DNA of 64,000 nucleotides, taken from contig JANRKO010000011.1 of NCBI GenBank assembly GCA_033763455.1, forward strand, positions 64,001-128,000, given 5' to 3'. The notes under the pieces are model-generated. The model was not told the origin of the DNA, did not search any database, and saw only the letters and a program-made list of their open reading frames with translations. Position 1 is the first letter of the stretch, and each line of letters opens with the position of its first letter. This document shows, piece by piece, positions 19,891 through 30,164 of this stretch. A program made the translations under genes and the position numbers. The DNA is from Polyangiaceae bacterium (GTDB taxonomy: Bacteria; Myxococcota_A; Polyangia; Polyangiales; Polyangiaceae).

Positions 19891-19958
19891 GGACTTACGC
19901 ACCTTGCGCAGCTCAAACAGCGGGCGACAGGCGCCTTCTCGGATTAACACCATGATCT

Positions 19959-20669
19959 CTACATTTCCCCAAGGAATCCAAAGAGAATCGTGAAGGACTC
20001 ATAGCGGCTGGGCACAGTGTAGAACGTGAGAGCATTGCCGTTAACTCCGGCGGTGCCTTCCAGTGGGAAGCTCACCTCACCTCCCGAAAGTGAACGAAAC
20101 CCCAAGGTCAAGAAACTACGAGCGTAGACCTCATCTGGAGGCTGATTGAAGCCAATTTGGACCTGCACTCCCCCGCCAAATCCGTAGCTACCCAAATACG
20201 ATGCGTCGCTTTCATGGGTTGGGAGGATCAATTCCCCGCCGGAATTCTCTTCGATCTTCCGCTCGACTTCGATGCTAACCCGGCTTCCCCCCAGGGTGCC
20301 TTCGATGTACGGACGAATCCAAGAGTTGAACGGCTGAAAGCGGGCATGGAGATGAGCGTTGAAAAAGACCGTGCTGAAAGAAGTCGTGAGCCTCGCAGTT
20401 GGGATGTTGGCTATTCGCTCGCTAAACTCGCTGTCTTCGTAAACAATCGAGGACGCAGATAACCCCAAAACCAACGGAACCCCAACCAGGCGCACTCCCC
20501 CGTAAAGACCGCCACCGAAGCCCGGCCACGATCTATGCTGCGCCAGCTCGCCGGCAGGAAACTCGGCCATGGCATCCAATTGAACGTTCCCCCTAACCTC
20601 TGCCGAGCTAACCGCTGACCACGCGAAGACGATACATGCAACCGCCAATGCGAGTGTTGAGAACCTCAT
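19959..20669 (-). CDS. Small outer-membrane beta-barrel protein, paralog B
   Basis: Signal peptide (SSA|E); HLHARFQPFNSWIRPYIEG, SYGFGGGVQVQ; clearly homologous to paralog A. Confidence 0.7.
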   Translation of the reverse strand: MRFSTLALAVACIVFAWSAVSSAEVRGNVQLDAMAEFPAGELAQHRSWPGFGGGLYGGVRLVGVPLVLGLSASSIVYEDSEFSERIANIPTARLTTSFSTVFFNAHLHARFQPFNSWIRPYIEGTLGGSRVSIEVERKIEENSGGELILPTHESDASYLGSYGFGGGVQVQIGFNQPPDEVYARSFLTLGFRSLSGGEVSFPLEGTAGVNGNALTFYTVPSRYESFTILFGFLGEM

Positions 20670-20881
20670 GGGATGATGATGCCAGGCGCCCGGTGCCGCC
20701 TCATGCTCAAGTCGAGCTCGTACCATAAACTGCAGGCATTCCAAACCCAACCACCGCCGCTCGTGACCAACCCGGACATTGTACTCTGTTGGTCGATAAG
20801 TGCCAACGAGCACCAGTTTTCGCAGGGTTCAGGACACCGATCTCCAGCGCTCACATCCGCTCGCCGAACGCAAATCGCCTC

Positions 20882-21413
20882 CTACCTCGCCGGCAGCGCC
20901 GCCTCGTAAATTGCATCAACATCCAGATTCGCACCCACCGTTCAGCGCCACTTCGTGCGACCAAGCGTCACCGGTTCTGCGATACAACTCCATTTTCCGT
21001 TCAGTCTGCGAAACCAACAGGTATTCGCGCAAGGAAGGGATCGTGAAGTAGTGCTCGCGCTTCTCACCGCGATCGTAATCCTCTGTGCCCGGGCTCAACA
21101 CTTCGACAAGGAGAGTTGGATTGGTGGCGGTATTTCGACCGTCGGGATCAAACTCCATCGGCCCGCAAACGACTGAAACATCCGGGTAGGTGGCCAGGCC
21201 CGTCTCTAGCACCCGAACCCGCAGATCCGGGCTGTAAGCGCGGCACGGTTTGCCTTTCAGCTGGGCGTGGAGCTCTGCAGCAATTGCCAATGTATTAGCG
21301 GCATGCTCAGGCGTACCCCCTGCCATTCCGAAAATCTCGCCATTGAGGTATTCGTTCAAGAGATAGTCTTCATAGCTAGAGCGATGCCGGCGCATGGGAA
21401 GCGAGACCGTCAG
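20882..21413 (-). pseudogene. Uma2 (DUF820) endonuclease pseudogene
   Basis: EYLNGEIFGMAGGTPEH, YPDVSVVCG, NPTLLVEVLSPGT..YDRGEK..Y..IPSLREYLLV. The C-terminus (VGANLDVDAIYEAALPAR*) lies in another frame after ~20935. Confidence 0.8.
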
Positions 21414-21598
21414 TGTTCTTGTTTAGCGCATGTTGGCCCGTCTGGCCGTCCTCGACAGCCTTAGGCGAGGCAACCGCCTCAGACTTTCGAGGCTCGACGT
21501 CCTCATCGCATTGTTCTGCGAAGTCGAGGGGATGATTACCACGGGTTCCAGGGGGAAATTTGTCCTCGCGGCACGCCTCTTGCTCTACTTCTCAGGTG

Positions 21599-22312
21599 AT
21601 GCGTGGAGTGCTGCCGTGGATGTTGCTGGTAGCCGGTGTTATGCTGGTGAGCTCACGAGCCCATGCGCGCGGAGTAGACGCAAATGCTTATGGTTTTGCC
21701 GAGGTTCCTAAGGCCGCCACACCCGCGCCGCTCCGAAGCCTAATTCGAGTACGAAGTGGGATTGGGCTGCTCTACACGAACGCGGACTATGACATTTCCT
21801 TCATGCATAGCCCCACGAGTTACACCGTTGCCAAGTACGCGCAGCCGCGCACTGGCCTGGCCTACACGCTAGATCTTACCCTTGGGTTGGGCCTAGATCG
21901 CAGAGGGTTGGCGTGGTTGGGCGCCAGCTACAGGGGGCATTGGCGCCCATCCGTTCCAGACGTTTCCGTGGAACGCGCGATCGGACTGCACTCTAGGTTC
22001 ACGCTTGTTCAAGAAGCTTTAGTGATATCAGAGCTCAATATTCCCAAAATACAGTGGACGGTCGGCCCAAAGCTTGGAGTGGGCTTGCTCCGAGAATACC
22101 TAGGCCCTTACCGCGTCACCGCTAGCAACACGGCCTATGTATTGGGTGCGTCGCTCGCGAAAAAATTCCCACTCCGAGGCCCCTGGCATGCGAGCATTGC
22201 GCTAGATGCCACGGTGCATAACCTGAACCCGTACGTACTACTTGGGAGCCGCCTTGTAGAAGCTGGGACCGTCAGGCTCCTGTTTGGCATCGAGCGTCGC
22301 TCGGCCCAATAG
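21599..22312 (+). CDS. Putative outer-membrane beta-barrel protein
   Basis: Signal peptide ending AHA and amphipathic strands. Confidence 0.55.
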   Translation: MRGVLPWMLLVAGVMLVSSRAHARGVDANAYGFAEVPKAATPAPLRSLIRVRSGIGLLYTNADYDISFMHSPTSYTVAKYAQPRTGLAYTLDLTLGLGLDRRGLAWLGASYRGHWRPSVPDVSVERAIGLHSRFTLVQEALVISELNIPKIQWTVGPKLGVGLLREYLGPYRVTASNTAYVLGASLAKKFPLRGPWHASIALDATVHNLNPYVLLGSRLVEAGTVRLLFGIERRSAQ

Positions 22313-22738
22313 CATCAGGCGACGCCGCCCGAGCCGATACGATACAAACAACATCGGCAGCGCCAAAAGATCGGTAGGATCGGCCCATGTCCTATGGGGC
22401 GTTCCCAAACCCCAATCAAGCGCACGCACGTATGCCTCCGCCCCCCAGGCAGAAAGCTCGGTAACGCTGAAGATCATTCCCGTCAGCCCAACGCAAACCA
22501 AAAGCACCTTTCGAGACGGAACGTGAACGCCGAAAAGTACTTTCTGAACAACTTCTGCGCAACCTTGGAGCAAAAGCGGAAAGAACACAAGCCCCGCAAA
22601 ATCCGAAAGCTTTCCGGTAACCCAACTCGGTTGAATATGCTTGAAGATGTGATCGTTGATGAACAATATAGCCATCGAGGCGATCACCCACGGGTCCAGC
22701 AGCGCTCCGCCCGCAACGTTGGCGGCACGCCCGTTCAT
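22238..22738 (-). CDS. Conserved membrane protein (NDH..K....W.TGKLSDFAGL...DPTDL family)
   Basis: Recognisable motif in a multi-TM protein; coupled to the upstream lipoprotein. Confidence 0.75.
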   Translation of the reverse strand: MNGRAANVAGGALLDPWVIASMAILFINDHIFKHIQPSWVTGKLSDFAGLVFFPLLLQGCAEVVQKVLFGVHVPSRKVLLVCVGLTGMIFSVTELSAWGAEAYVRALDWGLGTPHRTWADPTDLLALPMLFVSYRLGRRRLMLLGRATLDAKQEPDGPSFYKAAPK

Positions 22739-23199
22739 TCCTCGGCCTCGAACTTGAGATAAATGGGATCGCTGGGGTTGCAGCCAGCCTCCGCGGTTGC
22801 GAACGCTTTGAAGCTAACATCAGCCGTGGAGCTCAGCGTGCTCGCGACCACCGTAACCCGGGTACATCCCTGGCACAGCTCGCGGCGTGCGGGAAGCGAA
22901 CTGCCTGCCGTAAGAAGCAGGGCTCCTGAGTTTGTAGAGGAGAAGTCTGCATCTGCGGTCCACTCGATGCGGACCTCCGTTCCTTTGGGGGCCGCAACGT
23001 CGAACTCAACGCTGATCGTAGCCAACCCGTTCGACGTAACTCGGAAGGTTCGGGAAACTGACGACTGCGACGTCAATGTCAGAGTTTGGGCCGGGAGCTC
23101 GGCTGCCGCCTCCGCACTGAGGCAACTGGTTCCAAGCGAGGAGTAAGCGCCAAATGCGATCACCAGGCAGGCTAGCGTCTGGTAGGTTGCAGGTTTCAC
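22735..23199 (-). CDS. Hypothetical lipoprotein
   Basis: Signal ending LGTSC; ATGA overlap with the next gene. Confidence 0.6.
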   Translation of the reverse strand: MKPATYQTLACLVIAFGAYSSLGTSCLSAEAAAELPAQTLTLTSQSSVSRTFRVTSNGLATISVEFDVAAPKGTEVRIEWTADADFSSTNSGALLLTAGSSLPARRELCQGCTRVTVVASTLSSTADVSFKAFATAEAGCNPSDPIYLKFEAEE

Positions 23200-23212
23200 G
23201 CGCCGATGATGT

Positions 23213-23227
23213 GCAAGAGCTGTGCCC
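23213..23227 (-). promoter_or_regulatory. Candidate sigma-54 promoter GGGCACA-GCTC-TTGC
   Basis: Correct -24/-12 spacing; the predicted start site (~23201) nearly coincides with GTG 23199. Confidence 0.5.
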
Positions 23228-23254
23228 TATGGCAACAGTGGCTCCGCCCCACCC

Positions 23255-23995
23255 CTACTCCACCCTCTGCGGCTCCCCCTCCGGCAAAGCAGCTAAAAGC
23301 TCCGCAAGTGCCGCTTCCACGCCCTCGGCATCGTCTCCATCAAGCGTGACTTTCGTCTTGTACGTAGCATCGAACCATTTCGGGTAGGAGCCAATTTCGA
23401 CGGTAGGGTGGGCCGCTACTACGCTATCGAGAAGCGGCTTCAGTTTTACTTCATCGATCAGCGTATAAATCTGCCGCGTGATTATTGGCTTCGGGCCGCG
23501 CACGTGGCCGCGCACGACTGCGAGCTTCATGCGAAAAAGCTCTGGAACCCCTGGCAATATCCAAACGTTGCGCATCACGACGGTGGGCCAACGCACGCCT
23601 TCGATGGTCTTTAGCTCGGCACCTTCCGGCACTAGAGCCATACGCCGCGCGGCTTCCAGATCATTCGGGTATACCTGGGCCAGCATAGCTTCGAGCTCCG
23701 GGTGCACCGGCACACTCACCCCAAAGGCCACGCCAACGGCATCCAGCGTGAGATCATCGTGAGTGGGCCCCACGCCGCCGCTCGTGAATACAACGTCGAA
23801 CTGAGCGCTCTGGATCCGCACTTCTTCAGCTATCGTCTCAATGACATCGGGCACCACCACTACGCGTTCCAGGCGGATGCCGAGTGCGCGCAAAGTTCCG
23901 GCCAGAGCGAAGAGGTTGGCCTCACATACTTTTCCGTTCAGAAGTTCGTTGCCCACCAAGATCGCCGAAGCGCGCGTGGCAAGCTGGGCCTTCAT
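23255..23995 (-). CDS. CinA-like molybdopterin-binding domain protein (N-terminal CinA/FAD hydrolase type)
   Basis: VGNELLNGKV.EAN, VFTSGGVGPTHDDLT, LPGVP, IGSYP. Confidence 0.9.
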   Translation of the reverse strand: MKAQLATRASAILVGNELLNGKVCEANLFALAGTLRALGIRLERVVVVPDVIETIAEEVRIQSAQFDVVFTSGGVGPTHDDLTLDAVGVAFGVSVPVHPELEAMLAQVYPNDLEAARRMALVPEGAELKTIEGVRWPTVVMRNVWILPGVPELFRMKLAVVRGHVRGPKPIITRQIYTLIDEVKLKPLLDSVVAAHPTVEIGSYPKWFDATYKTKVTLDGDDAEGVEAALAELLAALPEGEPQRVE

Positions 23996-24297
23996 TCGTG
24001 ATCCAGCGTTTTTACGATGGGCTGACCTTGCTCATCGATAGACAGCAACTGTTCGACTCTCTTTTCTGCTAAATCGAGCCGAGCTTGCGAAGCGCGCGCC
24101 AAGCGTACGCCTTCTTCGAACAGCGCGAGCGATGCATCCAACGGCAACTCACCATCTTCGAGCTTATCGACAATCTCTGAAAGGCGCGCAATCGAGGCCT
24201 CAAAGGAACCCCCGGCTTCTGCTTGCTCCGCGTGGCCGCCTTCAGCGCTTGCTTTTGCGACAGCTTCTTCCTGCGACTGTTTAGTGCGTTTGCTCAT
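23992..24297 (-). CDS. xseB: Exodeoxyribonuclease VII small subunit
   Basis: SFEASIARLSEIVDKLEDGELPLDASLALFEEGVRL...AEKRVEQL. Confidence 0.95.
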   Translation of the reverse strand: MSKRTKQSQEEAVAKASAEGGHAEQAEAGGSFEASIARLSEIVDKLEDGELPLDASLALFEEGVRLARASQARLDLAEKRVEQLLSIDEQGQPIVKTLDHE

Positions 24298-26174
24298 GAG
24301 CCGTGGGTACCAAAAGACTTCGGGGGAAGGTGCTTGAATTTTGTTGGGGGCGCAAGGCGGAGCGAATAGGGCCCTGGAACTGCGTTCGGAACCACCACAA
24401 AGCCGTCTGCGTCAGGTATTACGGGCAAGACCAATCCGGGGGCAATACGCACGCCGATAGCGTCACCGGGCTTCACCCCCTCCGTAAAGATCCACAAGGG
24501 AAAACTCCCTCCGGTGCATGGCCGGGGCAGCGGGCCTTTGAGCGCCTGCTCCGCGATAGCCCGAACGCGAGCATCGGCATCGAGCGCGGCCACTTTTGAA
24601 AACCACGCAGGCGCCCACTCGGGGGAACCGAGGCCCATGCCGGTTACGATCGCCTGCCGGACGGTGGGGTCAACTTCGGAGGCGTAAGCCGCTGTGAGCC
24701 AAGCATAACGACTGGGCTCGTCGCTCTGAGCCAGGCCCAACAAAGCACTGGCGCGCACATCGGCATCGGCGCTGTGCAGTAGCTGCTCGAAGAGGGTTTG
24801 TTGGGGGTTGTAGCGGGCCCCCAACACGAGCGCTGCAAGTGGAGCACTACCGCTCGCTTCTAGGAGCTCTACAAGAGCATCCGTTGGGACCTTCGACCAA
24901 ACTTCGCGGTACTGCAAGCACGCTTGAAGGTGTGTGGGCAAGGACGCGGTGGCGGTAGCAAAGAACCCAGAAACCGCCTTCAAACAAGCGCTCCCCGTGG
25001 GAAATCCGTGCTTATCCTGCTCCGCAGGATCTGCCGACTGGATGAGGAGCGCTCTCTTCCACAAGCGTTGTTCCCAACCTTTCGTTGCAACTAAGCGAGC
25101 CTGCAGGGTGCGCTCGGCGGCAACATTGTGCGCCGTAGCTAGCGCGTAAGCCACAAGCGCGAGCTCTGTACGTCTCCGTGTTGACTTGAGGAGCCTATTA
25201 TTGGCCTCTTCAGAATTGAGGGAAGCGATCAAGCGGCGCACTCGCAGCGCTTGCGAAGGTGGAGCTTTCAACAGCAACTGAATGAGCAACGTTGCTAGGC
25301 GCGGAGATCGCGTGCGCTCCGCTAGCTCCAAGCCGAGCTCGACATCTTCTTCACGCCCGAGAAGTTCCTGAACGAGTGGTTCGGATTCGGCGGGTGCCAA
25401 ACGAGCAAGAATTTCGGCAGCCGCACTTCGCAACCTTGGGGCGGAGCTCCCTGCCCATTGTCGAGCCAAACCAAGCGGCTCCGCGCTACCGAGCTTAACC
25501 ATTGCCACCGCAGCTTCCGTGCTCACTTCCATGCGCGCCGTTTGCACGAGCGCACGCAGGACCGCAAGATCTCTGGAACTTCCGAGCTCGCCCACTAAAG
25601 CCACCGCAGCCGCAGGGGAGGTCTTGGATGTTAACATGTTGAGCGTGCGCGGCGGATGCGCCAAAAGAGCCGTGCGAGCGATGTCTGCTAGGGGGCCTTC
25701 ATGGCCCAACGCCGAGAGCAATAACCCGATCGCGCGTGAACTTCCCGAGTGGCTGAGCGCGAGAGCTGCGGACATTTGAACTTGGCGCAGTGAGGTGGAC
25801 TCGCCACCGGAAGCGTCTGAAAGTATGCGATACAAGAAGGCCGCAACCCTCGGCTCCGCCGCAAACGGTGCGAGCGAAAATACCAGAGCCCGCTTTTCTG
25901 GTGGCTCCAGTGATTCCACCTTATCCACCATTGTGAGCAGCCGTTCACGCACCTCGGGTAGTAGGGGTAGGCCCAAACGCTCAAAGCCGCGGCGCCGCTC
26001 TCCACTTTCCGATGAACGCAGAAGCTTGGCAATCGCAGCTTCGCCGAAACGCTCTTGTATCGGGAGCGATTCGGCCTCTGCAGGCATAGCAGCCGAAAGC
26101 ACACAAACGCTCAAGCACCAGGCGCTCACGCGCAGAGTTAGCCAGCGCTGTCGAAGCCTTCGACGTTCACTCAT
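24294..26174 (-). CDS. Exported HEAT-repeat protein
   Basis: Signal peptide; repeats such as LLHSADADVRASALLGL and EVDPTVRQAI; start ATG 26174. Confidence 0.75.
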   Translation of the reverse strand: MSERRRLRQRWLTLRVSAWCLSVCVLSAAMPAEAESLPIQERFGEAAIAKLLRSSESGERRRGFERLGLPLLPEVRERLLTMVDKVESLEPPEKRALVFSLAPFAAEPRVAAFLYRILSDASGGESTSLRQVQMSAALALSHSGSSRAIGLLLSALGHEGPLADIARTALLAHPPRTLNMLTSKTSPAAAVALVGELGSSRDLAVLRALVQTARMEVSTEAAVAMVKLGSAEPLGLARQWAGSSAPRLRSAAAEILARLAPAESEPLVQELLGREEDVELGLELAERTRSPRLATLLIQLLLKAPPSQALRVRRLIASLNSEEANNRLLKSTRRRTELALVAYALATAHNVAAERTLQARLVATKGWEQRLWKRALLIQSADPAEQDKHGFPTGSACLKAVSGFFATATASLPTHLQACLQYREVWSKVPTDALVELLEASGSAPLAALVLGARYNPQQTLFEQLLHSADADVRASALLGLAQSDEPSRYAWLTAAYASEVDPTVRQAIVTGMGLGSPEWAPAWFSKVAALDADARVRAIAEQALKGPLPRPCTGGSFPLWIFTEGVKPGDAIGVRIAPGLVLPVIPDADGFVVVPNAVPGPYSLRLAPPTKFKHLPPKSFGTHGS

Positions 26175-27078
26175 CGTTCGTCCAACCCAGGCCAAAAAAC
26201 GCGCGCATTTGGGGATTTCCTGGGCGAGAACCAAGCGGCAATTGGCACCCGGCGTTGACGGAAAGCGAGCCCATGCGGCGGCTAACACCGAGCCCAATGA
26301 GCGCGCCGTTAGCTCCTGAAGAAGCGAGCCCCGAAAGGCCGGACGCGCCTGAGAATTCGAGCCCAATACGCGTCCCACCAGATTGATCCCAGCCAAGGAG
26401 AATGGGGCGAAATTGCAAACCCAGGTTCCAGCGCAGTTCGTTGCCATAGCGCACCTGGAGCAATGTGGGCTCTGTCCCACGCAGGCGCACGCCCGCTCCG
26501 GCTCGCACTTCAAACACCATCAAATGGAGGGCGGACAGCAACCCCAGCTCCCCCTCGGGTGCTCCGCTCGATAAAAACGCTGCTTTAGAACCGGTGGGCA
26601 AGGCAACAATCCCACGCGACCCGAGCGTGAACCCCCCGACGTCACCAGGCTTGAGCCACGTTGTCTTGTAACCGAGTTCCAAGTTTCCGGTTGCGGTACT
26701 GGGTAGCTTCGGGCGATCGATGACCTCAGAAAGATCGTGTCCTGATTCGTTTAAAATGAAAGGCAGCGCCACCGAGAGCTCTAGGCGATTCAAGACGCCG
26801 AGCGCTAGCGCGTAATCCGTGAACACGCGGTCGGCGATGAGAGCAAACTCCTCGCCCCGAGCAACGTTATGAAGCACGAGAGGCTTTCTGGCATAACCCA
26901 TCCAAACGTTGGCCCGCAGGGCGCCGGGGGCAAGCGCCTCGGGTGAAAGTGACTGCACAAGCCCATCGCTCGCCGGAGGCAATGGAGCCTGCCCCAGATT
27001 GATGGCATCGCGATCGGCGTGGGCACGCCCGGAACCGAGCAGAAGCCCGAGGCTCAGAAGGACAGCAATCCGGCGCAT
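26167..27078 (-). CDS. Outer-membrane beta-barrel (resembles the N-terminal barrel of myxobacterial OmpA/TraB-type proteins, no OmpA domain)
   Basis: Signal peptide; YARKPL, RLELSVALP, ALPTG; C-terminal RAFFGLGW. Confidence 0.65.
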   Translation of the reverse strand: MRRIAVLLSLGLLLGSGRAHADRDAINLGQAPLPPASDGLVQSLSPEALAPGALRANVWMGYARKPLVLHNVARGEEFALIADRVFTDYALALGVLNRLELSVALPFILNESGHDLSEVIDRPKLPSTATGNLELGYKTTWLKPGDVGGFTLGSRGIVALPTGSKAAFLSSGAPEGELGLLSALHLMVFEVRAGAGVRLRGTEPTLLQVRYGNELRWNLGLQFRPILLGWDQSGGTRIGLEFSGASGLSGLASSGANGALIGLGVSRRMGSLSVNAGCQLPLGSRPGNPQMRAFFGLGWTNDE

Positions 27079-27167
27079 GGGGTCGGGGCCAGACTACCCG
27101 GGCTCGGCCCAAGCTTGCAAAACTTGCCCCGAGGCCCCGATCAGCGTAACCGCTTCAGCAAGAACCC

Positions 27168-28439
27168 ATGGATGCGATTCAGGTCCGCGGCACACGCCGA
27201 CTCTCAGGCTCAATCCGAGTTGGGGGTGCAAAAAACGCCGCCCTTCCCATCTTGTGCGCCACGCTGCTTTCGGAGGGCGAAAGCCTCCTTCGAAATGTCC
27301 CCGCGCTGCGCGACATTCACACCACAGGCGCCCTGTTGCGGTTCCTCGGCAGAACGGTCGAGGTCACGCCACCGACCCTCACCGTGCGAGCTGAAACGGG
27401 CAACATGCGCCCCGAAGCTCCGTACGAGCTGGTTCGCCAGATGCGAGCAAGCGTTCTGGTGTTGGGGCCGCTCGTGGCCCGTTACGGGCGCGCGCGAGTC
27501 TCCTTGCCCGGCGGTTGCGCGATTGGAGCACGCCCAGTCGACCAGCACCTCCGCGGGTTGGAAGCTTTGGGTGCGAAGATCCGCGTAGACCACGGCTACA
27601 TTGTTGCTGAAGCTGGCCGCTTGCGTGGCACCGAAATCGTCTTCGACATGCCCACGGTAACAGGCACCGAAAACATCATGATGGCGGCAGCCCTCGCCAA
27701 AGGAAAATCTGTTCTGGTTAACTGCGCTCGCGAACCAGAAGTGGAAGAACTCGGCAGGGTGCTAAACAAGATGGGCGCCAAGGTGGAAGGCGCTGGCACC
27801 AGCGTAATCCATATCGAAGGCAGGGATGCACTCGATCCATTTGATCATGCGGTGATCGCCGATCGCATTGAGGCCGGAACCTTCTTGGCGGCTGTCGGCG
27901 CGGCCGGCGGTGATGTGCTCCTGGAATATGCGCCCTTCGACGATCTCGAACCTGTAATCTACAAGCTGCGCCAAGCTGGGGTTGAAATCGAGCGCGAAGG
28001 CGAACACGTGCGTGTCCGACGTGAAGGCCCATTAAAGCCGCGGGATGTGACCACAGCGCCCCACCCCGGCTTCCCGACAGACATGCAGGCACAGTTCATG
28101 GCGCTCATGTGTTCGGCTGAAGGTAAGAGCGTGCTCACCGAAACAATCTTCGAGAATCGCTTCATGCACGTTCCTGAGCTCAGCCGCATGGGTGCAGATA
28201 TCGTGACCCACGGCAACACGGCCATTGTTCAAGGTGTAAAGAGCCTCTCGGGTGCGAGCGTGATGGCCACCGATCTCCGAGCCAGCGCGTCCCTCGTAAT
28301 CGCGGGCCTGGTCGCCGATGGCGAGACCACCGTACGCCGCGTGTACCACCTCGATCGCGGTTACGAACGCATCGAAGAAAAGCTAAAAGGCGTGGGCGCC
28401 GACATCGAACGCATCAAGCTTGAGGACCACGACTCTTGA
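27168..28439 (+). CDS. murA: UDP-N-acetylglucosamine 1-carboxyvinyltransferase
   Basis: [57 protein letters not shown]. Confidence 0.98.
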   Translation: MDAIQVRGTRRLSGSIRVGGAKNAALPILCATLLSEGESLLRNVPALRDIHTTGALLRFLGRTVEVTPPTLTVRAETGNMRPEAPYELVRQMRASVLVLGPLVARYGRARVSLPGGCAIGARPVDQHLRGLEALGAKIRVDHGYIVAEAGRLRGTEIVFDMPTVTGTENIMMAAALAKGKSVLVNCAREPEVEELGRVLNKMGAKVEGAGTSVIHIEGRDALDPFDHAVIADRIEAGTFLAAVGAAGGDVLLEYAPFDDLEPVIYKLRQAGVEIEREGEHVRVRREGPLKPRDVTTAPHPGFPTDMQAQFMALMCSAEGKSVLTETIFENRFMHVPELSRMGADIVTHGNTAIVQGVKSLSGASVMATDLRASASLVIAGLVADGETTVRRVYHLDRGYERIEEKLKGVGADIERIKLEDHDS

Positions 28440-29065
28440 AACCGATCACGATAGCGATTCCCAAAGGCCGCGTTACCCAAGCGCTCGCGCCGCTTTTTCG
28501 CCACGCCGGCCTGGATACCTCGCCGCTTGATTCGGACGATCGGCGCCTGATTCGCTCCACGGACGACGAGAGCCTGCGCTTCCTTTTGTTAAAGCCCGAT
28601 GATGTGCCCACCTACGTGGAGTACGGTGCCGTGGATCTTGGCATCAGCGGTCGCGACGTACTTCTTGAACGCCGCTACGACCTCTACCAGCCGCTCGATT
28701 TGGGCGTCGGCAAATGTCGCATGATCGTGGCAGGCCCCAAGGGCCAAAAAGCTCCGCCCCTGCCGCGCATCGCTACCAAGTTCCCCCGCATCGCCGCCGA
28801 ACACTTCGCCAAGAAGGGCATCCAAGCCGAAATCATTTTCGTGCAAGGCTCAGTGGAGCTCGCCCCGCTTGTAGGCCTTTCTGATCTGATCGTGGATATC
28901 GCTGAATCCGGGAAAACCCTCGTGGAAAACGGACTTGAAGAGCAGGAGTTCATTTGCTCCATCTCCAGTGTCCTCGTGGCCAATCGGGCGCTTTATAAGC
29001 TCCGCCACGACACCATCGCCCCCGTTGTGGAGCGCCTGCGCAAGGCGGTTGAGTTGCTGGGGTAG
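28436..29065 (+). CDS. hisG: ATP phosphoribosyltransferase, short form
   Basis: [56 protein letters not shown]. Confidence 0.97.
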   Translation: MKPITIAIPKGRVTQALAPLFRHAGLDTSPLDSDDRRLIRSTDDESLRFLLLKPDDVPTYVEYGAVDLGISGRDVLLERRYDLYQPLDLGVGKCRMIVAGPKGQKAPPLPRIATKFPRIAAEHFAKKGIQAEIIFVQGSVELAPLVGLSDLIVDIAESGKTLVENGLEEQEFICSISSVLVANRALYKLRHDTIAPVVERLRKAVELLG

Positions 29066-29120
29066 CGAAGGCCACCCCAAGCTTGCACATGGGGTACCCC
29101 CGAGCCCCCAGCGACTCGGC

Positions 29121-29804
29121 TCACGCCGCTGGCGGCGCATCCAGCACCACGAACGGCTCTATCTTCTTCAGCCCCTTCACCCCGATACCCTTCACGCGCA
29201 GCAAATCCGTCACTTTGCGAAACCGACCCAGCCGGGCTCGCAAATCCAAAATCGATTGAGCGCGTTTAGGGCCCACTCCCGGCAGCTTGACGAGATCAGA
29301 AACCTCCGCCGCATTCAGCACCACTTTGCCGTCCGCGGTTTTCCCTGGCGTGGCACCTTCGCCCGTGCCAGCCGCACCAGCGGGTGCACTTGACGCAACT
29401 CCGGTTGAACCCGCTGCGCTTGACGCCCCCGAAGCCGCTGGACACGGCTGCACTTGGACGGGAACAGCCGAGGCCTGCCCGGCCTTTCCCTTCTCCGCCG
29501 ACGAACCTGCCAGCCACTCATTGTTGCCGCGTGCGTGCGCCTTATCCTCCGCGGCGCGTGCTTCAGCGATGGATAACACGCTCCGCCCTTCGTGCTGAAG
29601 CGACCAATACCCAAGCCCTGCAAAGCCCAGAATGGCAACGCCACCCAGCACCACTTTGGCCACCACGGGCACCCACACACTTTGAAAAAACGGGCGCTTT
29701 TTCGGCTCAAGCGGTGCTCCAAAAGTGCAGGGAGCCCCCCCGGGCTCCATGGCGCTCGTTCCACACTGTTCGGATTTCTCTTCAAATGTAAGTTCTTGCG
29801 ACAT
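29121..29804 (-). CDS. comEA: ComEA-family helix-hairpin-helix DNA receptor
   Basis: N-terminal TM, Ala/Gly linker, then VVLNAA...LVKLPGVGPKRAQSI...GRFRKVTDLLRVKGIG. Confidence 0.9.
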   Translation of the reverse strand: MSQELTFEEKSEQCGTSAMEPGGAPCTFGAPLEPKKRPFFQSVWVPVVAKVVLGGVAILGFAGLGYWSLQHEGRSVLSIAEARAAEDKAHARGNNEWLAGSSAEKGKAGQASAVPVQVQPCPAASGASSAAGSTGVASSAPAGAAGTGEGATPGKTADGKVVLNAAEVSDLVKLPGVGPKRAQSILDLRARLGRFRKVTDLLRVKGIGVKGLKKIEPFVVLDAPPAA

Positions 29805-29834
29805 CTCCCTGCTCCTTTGGAAGAAGGTTAACGC

Positions 29835-30077
29835 TTACGCGCTCTTGGCGATGGGCAACGTTTCCGCGCCTCCGCCAAATCCCCTTGCGGACGGCCCCGC
29901 AAATTCGTCCTTCGCTACGAAGTCCCGAATGTGGAGCTCACCGGTAATCGGCAGCGCCTCCAAGCGAACATTCAACGACCCATCGCGATTGACGAAAGCG
30001 ACCCCGACGCGATTCCAATATTTATTTTCATTGCGCTCGGTGATCACGTAAACGGCCTTCATTCTGCTGTTTTCCAT
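29835..30077 (-). CDS. Small conserved beta-strand protein (W.RVG.AF.NRDGS.N..L.ALP..G.L), possible ssDNA-binding protein
   Basis: Recognisable conserved motif; first gene of an operon with comEA. Function is inferred. Confidence 0.75.
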   Translation of the reverse strand: MENSRMKAVYVITERNENKYWNRVGVAFVNRDGSLNVRLEALPITGELHIRDFVAKDEFAGPSARGFGGGAETLPIAKSA

Positions 30078-30164
30078 CTCTACTATTTCCTAACTGTTTC
30101 TCTATTTGGTTGGTTGCTTCGAAGCGCATCCGGCGAACCTTCGTCGCTTCTGGGGAGCAACTTT

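Noticed and set aside
23255..23995. cinA-like gene as part of the proposed competence regulon
   Set aside because: It is coupled to xseB, lacks the shared promoter boxes, and this domain family has metabolic roles.
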